From the IMG/VR virus record IMGVR_UViG_3300002772_000001, positions 1-41,022 of that record: 41,022 nt of DNA; one strand, written 5' to 3'. The position numbers and the translations under genes were made by a program. The notes beneath the pieces are model-generated. The model was not told where the DNA came from and searched no databases. It saw nothing but the letters and a program-made list of their open reading frames with translations. This document shows positions 27,946 through 35,456 of this stretch, piece by piece. The stretch comes from a virus. How positions within the stretch are numbered: the stretch's first letter is position 1; each line of letters starts with the position of its first letter.

Positions 27946-28166
27946 CGTCCACCCCTCCGCTTGGCATCCATCTCGTTCGCATTCTTCAGCGCCCGGTCAA
28001 TCCGAAACTGCATGCGCAGCCACGTCTGCACGACTTCGCGGCAATTGCCGGTTGTGCAATCGGAGTGTTCGCAGCGTTCCGGCAACGCCTTGGTCTGATC
28101 GGCCCATTGGCTTGCGGGCAGCTTGGAAATGCGCTGCGCCTCAGTGAGGCAATAGCTGGCAGTCAT
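27942..28166 (-). CDS. Hypothetical protein (74 aa)
   Basis: Complete ORF, coupled to its neighbours. Confidence 0.5.
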   Translation of the reverse strand: MTASYCLTEAQRISKLPASQWADQTKALPERCEHSDCTTGNCREVVQTWLRMQFRIDRALKNANEMDAKRRGGR

Positions 28167-28360
28167 GCCGACAGCCTCATTTCGGGACGGCCCATGCGGC
28201 GCATGCGCACCGTGTGAAGCTCGCGCACTTCGCCACTGGCGCGCAGTTCGTCAGCGGCGTGACGGATACCGCTCACGCTGCATCCGAGAAAGCGGGATAG
28301 CTCAGGGATGGTCAATGGCGTGACGCGCAGGGCGAATAGAATCCGGTCGCGGATGTTCAT
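28163..28360 (-). CDS. Small winged-helix DNA-binding-like protein (65 aa)
   Basis: Contains LTIPELSRFLGCSVSGIRHAADEL. Confidence 0.45.
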   Translation of the reverse strand: MNIRDRILFALRVTPLTIPELSRFLGCSVSGIRHAADELRASGEVRELHTVRMRRMGRPEMRLSA

Positions 28361-28929
28361 GCCGCAGCCTCCGGGTCAGGCTCGCGCAAAATGTCGCGCA
28401 CTCGGTCAAGGTGTTCTTTCACCACCTCGGGGCTGGCTGGCTTGATCGGCGTCACGGTCTTTTCGAGCAGCGCCACGGGTGCCACCGGAAGCTCGCCGCC
28501 GCCAATGACATATTCGACCGCAAGACCGTAGGCATCCTGCAACATCCGCTCAGCCTGCTTGCCCTGCGCGTTGCGGTAGGCGTAAACGTTCAAGTTCGAC
28601 CAGACCAGGCGCGAGAATCGGCTTACCTCGATCCTTTCCTCGCCGCCAGCTAGCCACTTGCGCTGGGTAAGCAGCTTGAACACTTCCGAATTGACCTTTG
28701 CCGGCGTCGGGATTTCATGACACATGGCGCAGAAGCTGGTTGAACTCGGCGGCCAGTTGCTGCCGCGTAACGTGTCGGCACGGAATCCTGCGGCCAACTG
28801 TTCGGCGGTCAAACCCGACAACGTGCTACGCCATTCTGCGGCGGCAATGCCGGACGGGGAATCACTGTACTGACTCACCCAGGCGTTGCCGTATCGGCTC
28901 CCCATCCGCATCCATACCTGCTCGATCAT
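28357..28929 (-). CDS. Replication-associated hypothetical protein (start uncertain)
   Basis: Lies downstream of the DUF1376 gene. Candidate starts are ATG 28929, 28911 or 29034. Overlaps the 3' end of the DUF1376 gene. Confidence 0.5.
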   Translation of the reverse strand: MIEQVWMRMGSRYGNAWVSQYSDSPSGIAAAEWRSTLSGLTAEQLAAGFRADTLRGSNWPPSSTSFCAMCHEIPTPAKVNSEVFKLLTQRKWLAGGEERIEVSRFSRLVWSNLNVYAYRNAQGKQAERMLQDAYGLAVEYVIGGGELPVAPVALLEKTVTPIKPASPEVVKEHLDRVRDILREPDPEAAA

Positions 28930-29716
28930 CGGAGCCGATAGAGGCTTGCGCTGCTCGTTCGGCGCGGCCAGCGTGGATGTTTTGCTCGATCCGCTCGACG
29001 GCGGAGAGCTTGCGGCTTGGCTGAATGTTTGCATTTCGTGTCTCCGGCTTGATTTCAAAAAGGCCCGTCCACCCGCGCTCGATCGACTGCTCAATAACGG
29101 CGGTCGGGTCGTGGCCCTTGGTTCGCAGCTTGGTCAGTGTCGCCAGCGAGAGTTCGCGGGCTTTGTACGTCCAGCCTTTGCGCTGGTTGCGGAAGGTGTG
29201 CCAGTCAGCCCATGCGGATTCGGTCAACCAGTCGGGCAGCGTCAGCGCAGGTGGCTTGCCGCCCTTTTGTTTTTGATCTTGTTCTTTATGGTGTATGGGG
29301 TCTGGTGTATGGGGAGCTTTCGATCCGGTTACGTCTTGGGTTTCATTCCGCTTAACCGGATCAGAACCCAGTGGGTTTCCATCTGGTTTCTTTGGACGTC
29401 CACCTTTTCCCCCGTTTGACCGCGCCGACTCAATCCTGATGCGGGCTTTGGCGATATCCGACTCAGCGCGGTCGTTATGGCGAAGCCCGTCAACCTGAGA
29501 AACTGGGAAAAACATATCGGCCACAACAATCACGGCTGATTGCTCGTCAGGCGTCATCGCGCGGGCAATACGGAAAAGGGTTGGGTTATCGTTGGGTATC
29601 GGCTTTTCGGTGCTGTAATAGGTCATCAGTAGCAGCAAGAAAGCGCCATGCTGGGCGAGCGTCAGGGCCGCTGTGTCGCGTTGGTAATCGCCCGGATACA
29701 GTTCGAAATAGTTCAT
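28862..29716 (-). CDS. DUF1376 (YdaU-like) replication initiation/primosome-type protein
   Basis: N-terminus MNYFELYPGDYQRDTAALTL.QHGAFLLLLM.YY is characteristic of the family. ATG 29716 overlaps the upstream TGA. Confidence 0.7.
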   Translation of the reverse strand: MNYFELYPGDYQRDTAALTLAQHGAFLLLLMTYYSTEKPIPNDNPTLFRIARAMTPDEQSAVIVVADMFFPVSQVDGLRHNDRAESDIAKARIRIESARSNGGKGGRPKKPDGNPLGSDPVKRNETQDVTGSKAPHTPDPIHHKEQDQKQKGGKPPALTLPDWLTESAWADWHTFRNQRKGWTYKARELSLATLTKLRTKGHDPTAVIEQSIERGWTGLFEIKPETRNANIQPSRKLSAVERIEQNIHAGRAERAAQASIGSDDRAGMDADGEPIRQRLGESVQ

Positions 29717-29850
29717 GCCGCGCTGACCAAAACAAGCCCCACCAGCCGCAACCACGCATGCATCGCGGCATCCATATCCCTTGCGTCTAGGGCGCGCACG
29801 TAGACGTTCCCAGCTACCCTCTTGGCGGCTTGGTGGAATAGGTTGGTCAT
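29713..29850 (-). CDS. Small hypothetical protein (45 aa)
   Basis: ATGA couplings at both ends (29847-29850 and 29713-29716). Confidence 0.3.
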   Translation of the reverse strand: MTNLFHQAAKRVAGNVYVRALDARDMDAAMHAWLRLVGLVLVSAA

Positions 29851-30101
29851 GCCGCAGACCTCGCGACGTACTGGCACTGGCGGATGAAGTCGCGGTAGTC
29901 CATGTCGCCTTTCATGCGGTTGCAGGCGCGGCAGGCCGGAAGCATGTTGCTGATACCATGACCACCGCCCTTGGCTTGCGGGCGAATGTGGTCAAGCGTC
30001 ATATCGGCGCGGGTAAGCCGGGCACCGCAGTAATGACACTCTACGAATGAACGCCCAGCAAGGATCAGCGTCCGGCGTACATGCTTCTGCTTGGAGTTCA
30101 T
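29847..30101 (-). CDS. Small HNH endonuclease (84 aa)
   Basis: CHYCG...LDHIRP...GG......N..PACRACN. Confidence 0.75.
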   Translation of the reverse strand: MNSKQKHVRRTLILAGRSFVECHYCGARLTRADMTLDHIRPQAKGGGHGISNMLPACRACNRMKGDMDYRDFIRQCQYVARSAA

Positions 30102-30394
30102 ACCGCCTCCCGCAAATGCTCAGGCACCCACAGGTCGCGCATGGATTCCCAGCTAACTAGGGTGTTGGAGTCGGTGAGGGGTTCGAGCTGGTCGGGAGAC
30201 CAATTTCTCCAGCATTCACCGTCATGAGACTCTGGCGAAATATCCAAGCCGTAGCCGATGCAATTCAGGCCCGTATCCGCATTCACGCCTTCACGGACAC
30301 TAATGATCACCCCGGCCTTGCCAACGTCTTTACGGCCGAGTTCGGAGTTCGCCCACTTAATCCGCACCCTCTGCCCAATGTAGAGGGTAGTCAT
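30098..30394 (-). CDS. Hypothetical protein (98 aa)
   Basis: Complete ORF with ATGA couplings. Confidence 0.5.
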   Translation of the reverse strand: MTTLYIGQRVRIKWANSELGRKDVGKAGVIISVREGVNADTGLNCIGYGLDISPESHDGECWRNWSPDQLEPLTDSNTLVSWESMRDLWVPEHLREAV

Positions 30395-30915
30395 GCCGCC
30401 CTCCGGAGCATCAGCGCGGCGTTTTCAGCCTCAAGAACGGCGATGCGTGTAAGTAGGGCCGGGATCGTCTCTTTAACTACCGGAATGCACTCATAGGCTT
30501 TCTTCGCCACTACGGCGTCATCAAGAGACGCATAAACCCCCAAGTAGACCCTCTTGCCATCACGCGCAGACGAATAGACGACAAACTTCCCGCTCCGCTT
30601 GTTGCGGGTGATGTTTTCCACACCTGTATTACTCCGGGGAGAGGTGTGCGTGTTTCTCGAATTCACCGAATACGTCACTGAGCGAAGATTGCAGCGACGG
30701 TTGTCCAGCGTGTTCCCGTTGATGTGGTCAACGACAAGCCCATGCTCACCACACAGGAGGCGATGCATCCAATTACGAGTGCCGTCGATTTGTCCGACCG
30801 CGTAGACGTAACCATTGCGGGTGGTATTCGCTAGCCAGCGAAACTGCGACAAATACTCGAAGTCCTCATCATCAACGAGGACTGAGAAACCCTTGTTCAT
30901 TTGGATGGTTTTCAT
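30391..30915 (-). CDS. HNH endonuclease with AP2-type DNA-binding domain (174 aa)
   Basis: HRLL......VDHINGNTLDNRRCNLR, followed by an AP2-like GV......GKF......DGKRVYLGVY.S.DDA..A. Lower GC than its flanks. Confidence 0.75.
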   Translation of the reverse strand: MKTIQMNKGFSVLVDDEDFEYLSQFRWLANTTRNGYVYAVGQIDGTRNWMHRLLCGEHGLVVDHINGNTLDNRRCNLRSVTYSVNSRNTHTSPRSNTGVENITRNKRSGKFVVYSSARDGKRVYLGVYASLDDAVVAKKAYECIPVVKETIPALLTRIAVLEAENAALMLRRAA

Positions 30916-31301
30916 GCGACAGCCTGCAGCGCATTCGTGCGCTCAAGCCGCTGCATGGTCTGCAACAACTGTGCTTGTTGGGCGTGGATCGTCTTGAGTA
31001 GCTCAGCCTGCTCATCAGCGGGAGCCTTCGCTGCCGGACGGTGCAGGCTCAGTTCGTCGCAGGCGTGATAGATCGGATCGAGACTGCTGGTTTCCTTGCA
31101 GATCAGGATGACCTCAGCAAAGGACAGTTTTTCGTCCTTGGACTCGTTCAAGCAGTTCTTCAGGCGGGCGTAGGCGCTATCCATCTTCATGGCAGGCCAC
31201 AGCGCGATGGCGACCTGTTTGAAGGTCTTGCCGCTGGACGTTATCGCGGCATTGATCGCCTCAGCGTCGGTGTCGTACCAGAGGGGGGATTGCTTGTTCA
31301 C
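30912..31301 (-). CDS. CII-like regulatory protein (CP76-type)
   Basis: GTG 31301 with AGGAG 7 nt upstream. Motif ARLKNCLNESKDEKLSFAEVILICKETSSLDPIYHA resembles the phage CII (CP76) family, from memory. Second gene of the early operon. Confidence 0.45.
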   Translation of the reverse strand: MNKQSPLWYDTDAEAINAAITSSGKTFKQVAIALWPAMKMDSAYARLKNCLNESKDEKLSFAEVILICKETSSLDPIYHACDELSLHRPAAKAPADEQAELLKTIHAQQAQLLQTMQRLERTNALQAVA

Positions 31302-31387
31302 TAGCAGCTCCTAGAAATTAGGTGTGCGTAGGGGTGTGCTGTTGAGGCCAAATAAAAACCATGACCACGACGAATCGCAGACATGGC

Positions 31388-31633
31388 TTAGGCCACCTCA
31401 CGCACGGATGGCGCATCCCACGGGAAACCGGGCAACGTCTCTCGGCGATTTACCTGCCCATCCGTGGCGTATTCGATGTTCGCCGCCAGCTCAGGACTGG
31501 CGCCCTTGTGCCCTGCCGCGATCATGTAGAGGTAGTACGGCGAGACGCCGCACACACCAGCCACACGGACAAGTTCGGCGCCCTCGCGGGTGAACCGGCC
31601 ATCTTTGCTGAGGAAGTACGCCTTAATATTCAC
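31388..31633 (-). CDS. Cro-like HTH regulator (81 aa), first gene of the minus-strand early operon
   Basis: GTG 31633. Divergent from the CI-like gene across an 86-bp operator region. Stop TAA. Confidence 0.6.
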   Translation of the reverse strand: MNIKAYFLSKDGRFTREGAELVRVAGVCGVSPYYLYMIAAGHKGASPELAANIEYATDGQVNRRETLPGFPWDAPSVREVA

Positions 31634-31642
31634 ACCGCTAGA

Positions 31643-31707
31643 TTACCCCTACGGTATATCTATTGCAAGCGGCAATTTACCTGTGCGGACATTTACCCGA
31701 TTGGTAG
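31643..31707. promoter_or_regulatory. Operator cluster (OR-like): TTACC-N5-GGTA(T/G) sites
   Basis: TTACCCCTACGGTAT at 31643-31657 and TTACCCGATTGGTAG at 31693-31707, plus a weaker site TTACCTGTGCGGACA at 31677-31691. All lie between the divergent cro-like and CI-like starts. Confidence 0.55.
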
Positions 31708-31719
31708 CGCTCACTCACC

Positions 31720-32244
31720 ATGAACGTCATGCTGACCATCGACGAAATCAGGTATCGGAATGCGCGCCTGCTGGTGCGCGGGATCGAGGAATCCACAGGG
31801 AAGTCCGGCGACCGCTCGGGCGCGATGACGGCGTTCGCCGCCAAGATGGGAAAGTCGCCAGCCCAAGCCAGTCACTTTGCCGGAGAGAAACCATCCAAGG
31901 CCATTGGCGATCAGATCGCCCGAGAGATTGAGGTGGCCTTCAACAAGGAACGCGGCTGGATGGACTGGCCGCAGTGGGAGATGGCTGCAGCGGAATCTTG
32001 CAAGATGAGACCGGATGCGTCCAAGCTGCAGGAAGCTCACAATGTGCTGCGTCGCCTGTTTTTAGGGAATGGTGGCGAGTATGAGTACATGCGAGATTCT
32101 GACCTGCTGGCCGAAGCGTATGACCTTGACGCAGTGGACCCAGTGGGCCGAACCATCGCCCTGATGGCAAGGGTGGCTCAACGCGTCAAGATCCAGGAGA
32201 AAGCGCATGGCGGAAAAGATCAAGCTAGTAAGCGTGGGAGGTAG
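31720..32244 (+). CDS. CI-like repressor (HTH, no S24 peptidase domain recognised); terminates at TAG
   Basis: HTH MTAFAAKMGKSPAQASHFAG...IGDQIAREIEVAF..ERGWMDW. No RBS before ATG 31720, so the mRNA may be leaderless. The stop codon is TAG (32242-32244). Confidence 0.65.
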   Translation: MNVMLTIDEIRYRNARLLVRGIEESTGKSGDRSGAMTAFAAKMGKSPAQASHFAGEKPSKAIGDQIAREIEVAFNKERGWMDWPQWEMAAAESCKMRPDASKLQEAHNVLRRLFLGNGGEYEYMRDSDLLAEAYDLDAVDPVGRTIALMARVAQRVKIQEKAHGGKDQASKRGR

Positions 32245-32407
32245 GCTCCTGCCAGCCGACAAAGAGGCGTGCAACAAATGCAGCGTGGTTCACTTGCACA
32301 AAGCATCTGCCGCCACAATTCCTAACCAAGCGCCACTGACTGATCTGGAAATCCTTCGACTGCGCACCATTTTCAGCGTTTGCCCCATTGCCCGAAGTAC
32401 CGGCTGA
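32207..32407 (+). CDS. Small hypothetical protein (66 aa) co-transcribed with the repressor
   Basis: ATG 32207 with AGGAGA upstream. Stop TGA. Followed by a strong terminator. Confidence 0.55.
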   Translation: MAEKIKLVSVGGRLLPADKEACNKCSVVHLHKASAATIPNQAPLTDLEILRLRTIFSVCPIARSTG

Positions 32408-32439
32408 CCAGTCATACAGACACGCCGGATAGCCTAACT

Positions 32440-32463
32440 AGCCCGCACCACGCGGGCTTTTTC
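32440..32463 (+). terminator. Rho-independent terminator of the repressor operon
   Basis: 7-bp stem agcccgc/gcgggct with a 5-nt loop, followed by TTTTT. Confidence 0.8.
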
Positions 32464-32481
32464 ATGCCACGACGATTTATT

Positions 32482-32524
32482 TTACCTTTGGGGTATTGAC
32501 ACAGATATACCTGCGGAGTAACGT
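32482..32524 (+). promoter_or_regulatory. Early-left promoter with an overlapping operator (OL-like)
   Basis: Operator TTACCTTTGGGGTAT (32482-32496) has the same consensus as the OR sites. TTGACA at 32496-32501, 17-nt spacer, TAACGT at 32519-32524. GGAGGA RBS before ATG 32554. Confidence 0.55.
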
Positions 32525-32553
32525 TCACTCCATCGCCACCCAAACGGGTCGGC

Positions 32554-33303
32554 ATGGAGGAACTCATGAGCGCAGCAGTCAAGAAGGTCGCGAAACCGAA
32601 GGCAGCGAAGGCAGCGAAGGTCGTTGAGGCCCCCGTCCTCATCACGTACAAGGGTTTCGACAAAGACCTGAAATGCCGTGGCTTCCAGTACGCCGTGGGC
32701 GAGACGTACACGCATGACGGCAAGGTCGAGGCTTGCAACTCGGGCTTCCACGCTTGCGAATATCCGCTGCACGTATTGCGTTACTACAAGCCCGGAACGT
32801 CCCGCTTCGCCATCGTGGAGCAGAGCGGAGATATTTCACGTCACGGTGACAATACGAAGGTTGCCAGCTCAAAGATCAAAGTTAGTGCTGAAATCAATCT
32901 TGCTGGGCTGATCAAGGCGACGATTGAGTACACGACAAGTCGCGCCAAGCCGGTCAAAGGCTCGACCACCACAGCTAAGAATTCAGCAGCCACCGCATCG
33001 GGCGACTCCGGCGCAGCCACCGCATCGGGCAACTCCGGCGCAGCCACCGCATCGGGCAACTCCGGCGCAGCCACCGCATCGGGCGACTCCGGCGCAGCCA
33101 CCGCATCGGGCCACTCCGGCGCAGCCACCGCATCGGGCCACTACGGCAGGGTGCGCGGCATAAACGGCTGCGCCCTGTTCCTGGTCGAGCGTGATCAAAA
33201 TCGAAAGATCATCGCCGTATGGGCAGGCATCGCTGGCCGTGACGGCATCAAAGCCGACACTTGGTATTCGCTCAAAGGCGGCAAGCCGGCGGTGGTCGCA
33301 TGA
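32554..33303 (+). CDS. Repeat-containing hypothetical protein (DUF7666-like N-domain; 249 aa)
   Basis: Motif CNSGFHACEYPLHVLRYY. Then about six copies of AATASG(D/N/H)SG encoded by a 27-bp tandem repeat. Confidence 0.55.
   Translation: MEELMSAAVKKVAKPKAAKAAKVVEAPVLITYKGFDKDLKCRGFQYAVGETYTHDGKVEACNSGFHACEYPLHVLRYYKPGTSRFAIVEQSGDISRHGDNTKVASSKIKVSAEINLAGLIKATIEYTTSRAKPVKGSTTTAKNSAATASGDSGAATASGNSGAATASGNSGAATASGDSGAATASGHSGAATASGHYGRVRGINGCALFLVERDQNRKIIAVWAGIAGRDGIKADTWYSLKGGKPAVVA
32986..33142 (+). repeat. 27-bp in-frame tandem repeat, about 5.8 copies
   Basis: The unit gcagccaccgcatcgggcgactccggc repeats at 32986, 33013, 33040, 33067, 33094 and 33121, with 1-2 substitutions per copy. Confidence 0.9.
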
Positions 33304-33614
33304 ACCCCCTGCGCAACCCCGAATTCCACACCCTCTCAGATCGCCAGCTTCAGGCCCGTCTTGAGCGGGACCTTGCAGCACGCAAGGTGGCTCGTGACGC
33401 GATTGACCAACGCATCGCCACGAAACGCAGTCAGTTCCGCGCTGATTCTCGCCTGCCGTTCCGGCCAGTGACAGTGATTGACGCGCCAGTTGTGCCGAAG
33501 CCCGTTCCTGCACTGATCCGCTGGCCCGTCATCGTTGTGTTCGCGCTGACCATGACGTTTGCCGTGTGGAAGTTTGCAGCGTGGGTTCTGCCGGTGGCCT
33601 GGGGGGGTGTATGA
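33300..33614 (+). CDS. Hypothetical protein with C-terminal TM segment (104 aa)
   Basis: ATG 33300 overlaps the upstream TGA (ATGA). C-terminal WPVIVVFALTMTFAVWKFAAWVL. Confidence 0.5.
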   Translation: MNPLRNPEFHTLSDRQLQARLERDLAARKVARDAIDQRIATKRSQFRADSRLPFRPVTVIDAPVVPKPVPALIRWPVIVVFALTMTFAVWKFAAWVLPVAWGGV

Positions 33615-33997
33615 ACCTCGCCCAAGCCCAATCACGCTACGACGCCATGCTTCCGCCCGAGCAGGACGACAGCGCATTCCAGCGGCGGATCGCGCAGATT
33701 GATGGCGACCCGGATCGCACCTTTGTCGGTGAGCTGCTGTTCGACGATCTGCCTTACGTGCCATCTGCTGCTCACGCTGACGATGACGCGATCGAACAAC
33801 GCGATGCGGCGGTTAAGTCGGCCATGGCCGTCACAGCTTACGCCATCGACGCGTTTCCGATCATCGAGCGGCTGACTGCTGGGCTTCCACTGACGCCGTA
33901 CCAGTCCGCATTGATCCCGCGATTCTTCCGCGCACTGAAGCCGTGGATCGAAAAGGAACCCATCGTGATTCGGCAGGCTGCGGAGGATGGATTGTGA
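33611..33997 (+). CDS. Hypothetical protein (128 aa)
   Basis: ATG 33611 overlaps the upstream TGA. Stop TGA 33995-33997. Confidence 0.5.
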   Translation: MNLAQAQSRYDAMLPPEQDDSAFQRRIAQIDGDPDRTFVGELLFDDLPYVPSAAHADDDAIEQRDAAVKSAMAVTAYAIDAFPIIERLTAGLPLTPYQSALIPRFFRALKPWIEKEPIVIRQAAEDGL

Positions 33998-34275
33998 GCG
34001 AGTAGATCAAAGATGGTGGTCCGGCGTTTTCTTGCGGGACTGACGAAAGGGCTTTGCTCATTGCAAAGCAAGAAGGGCGCGTTCTGGCCGGCAACTCTCC
34101 CGCCGCATTGCATAGCCGTGGCATGACCCTTCGCGATTATTTCGCGGCGAAGGCGATGCAGGGGTTTTCTGCCAGTCCAAACGAATTGTTCACTGACGCA
34201 ACATTCAGCAGGATTGCCGAGTACGCATACAGTCAGGCCGACGCCATGCTTGCTGCCCGCGAGGCCAAGTTATGA
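33994..34275 (+). CDS. Conserved small phage protein (93 aa; in-frame TAG at codon 4)
   Basis: GTG 33994 overlaps the upstream TGA (GTGA). TAG at 34003-34005. Read-through gives MSE[TAG]IKDGGPAF...GMTLRDYFAAKAMQG. There is no in-frame ATG/GTG/TTG between the TAG and the IKDGGPAF segment. Confidence 0.55.
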
Positions 34276-34356
34276 CCACGCCCGAATCATCCCCATCGTC
34301 GCCGGATTGCCGGCGAATGATCCTGATTTTCTTCCTCCTGCTTTGGAGTAGATCGC

Positions 34357-35148
34357 ATGAAATTTGAAATTCGTAACCGCTGGACTGGTGCCGTTCAATA
34401 CAGCTGCGAACTTTCCGCAGAAATGGCCGGCAAATCGTATGGCCTACAGCTTGGGTTTGTCGTGAAAAGTGCCATTGCGAGCGGCAGCAACCTGCGCGGC
34501 AGCAACCTGCGCGGCAGCTACCTGCGCGACAGCAACCTGCTCGGCAGCGACCTGAGCGGCAGCGACCTGCGCGACAGCAACCTGAGCGGCAGCGACCTGC
34601 GCGGCAGCGACCTGCGCGGCAGCAACCTGCGCGGCAGCTACCTGCGCGACAGCAACCTGCGCGGCAGCGACCTGCGCGGCAGCGACCTGCGCGGCAGCGA
34701 CCTGCGCGGCAGCAACCTGCGCGGCAGCGACCTGCGCGGCAGCGACCTGCGCGGCAGCAACCTGAGCGGCAGCTACCTGCTCGGCAGCAACCTGAGCGGC
34801 AGCAACCTGAGCGGCAGCAACCTGCGATCCATCCGAGCCGACTTCTACGATGTGCTGTCTTGGGCGCCCGCAGAGGTTCCGGCGCTGATTGATGCACTCA
34901 GGTCAGGCAGCGTTGATGGTTCGACATACACTGGCACTTGTGCCTGTCTCGTTGGCACGCTGGCGAATGCACGCGGCATCGAATATCAGTCGCTTGAACA
35001 TGACTCAGGCCGACCCATCGAAGTGTTTTTCGCCGCCATTCGTACCGGCGATACACCAGAAACGAATCAGGTATCAGCTATCGCGCTTGGCTGGGCCGAA
35101 TCGTGGCTGGCGAACATGCGTGAAGCGTTCGTGCCGAAAGCGGCATAA
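34357..35148 (+). CDS. Pentapeptide-repeat protein (263 aa)
   Basis: About 23 consecutive pentapeptides (S/G)(N/D/Y)L(R/S/L)(G/D), followed by a non-repeat C-terminal domain of about 105 aa. Stop TAA. Confidence 0.8.
   Translation: MKFEIRNRWTGAVQYSCELSAEMAGKSYGLQLGFVVKSAIASGSNLRGSNLRGSYLRDSNLLGSDLSGSDLRDSNLSGSDLRGSDLRGSNLRGSYLRDSNLRGSDLRGSDLRGSDLRGSNLRGSDLRGSDLRGSNLSGSYLLGSNLSGSNLSGSNLRSIRADFYDVLSWAPAEVPALIDALRSGSVDGSTYTGTCACLVGTLANARGIEYQSLEHDSGRPIEVFFAAIRTGDTPETNQVSAIALGWAESWLANMREAFVPKAA
34483..34826 (+). repeat. 15-bp in-frame tandem repeat, about 23 copies (ggcagc[ag]acctg[ca]gc)
   Basis: Direct reading of the sequence. This repeat encodes the pentapeptide array. Confidence 0.9.
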
Positions 35149-35456
35149 CCCAACAACCGCGAACTGCGCGCACCTCCTGGGGAGTTCCGGCCCCTAACGC
35201 AGTACCGGAGCAGCGGCACTCTCTGCGGCATGGATGCCAAGAGTGCACACCAAAGCAGCTAGTCGGCGGGCAGGCCGATCCGTAGAGACGAAAAGCTGGC
35301 TGCTTTTGTGTTCGTTTTCACCGGGGAAGTTATCGGAGTGCATGGGTGATCAGCGCCACTGCATTCGCCAGCTGAGGCCGTTACATAGTCTGGACGCGAT
35401 AACGCCCCACCCCATTCCAACACCGTGCCGGGCGGAATCCCGGTAGAGGATTTGAT

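Noticed and set aside
28862-29094. The longer starts given by the ORF track for several early genes (for example 29755, 29094, 26256, 23217, 19473)
   Set aside because: Internal ATG/GTG codons that overlap the upstream stop (ATGA/GTGA) give compact, conventional gene arrangements. The N-terminal extensions are Arg/Pro-rich and overlap the upstream genes extensively.
31441-31460. A fifth operator at gatttacctgcccatcc inside the cro-like gene
   Set aside because: It has the TTACC half-site only. There is no GGTA half at the N5 spacing.
32986-33142. 27-bp repeat array as a CRISPR array
   Set aside because: The repeats are directly tandem with no spacers, are in frame, and encode a peptide repeat inside a 249-aa ORF.
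34483-34826. 15-bp repeat array as a CRISPR array or satellite; also the 230-aa Cys/Arg-rich antisense ORF 34205-34897
   Set aside because: The units are tandem and in frame, encoding pentapeptide repeats. The antisense ORF is a shadow of the repeat, with no RBS and a low-complexity CCRAG product.
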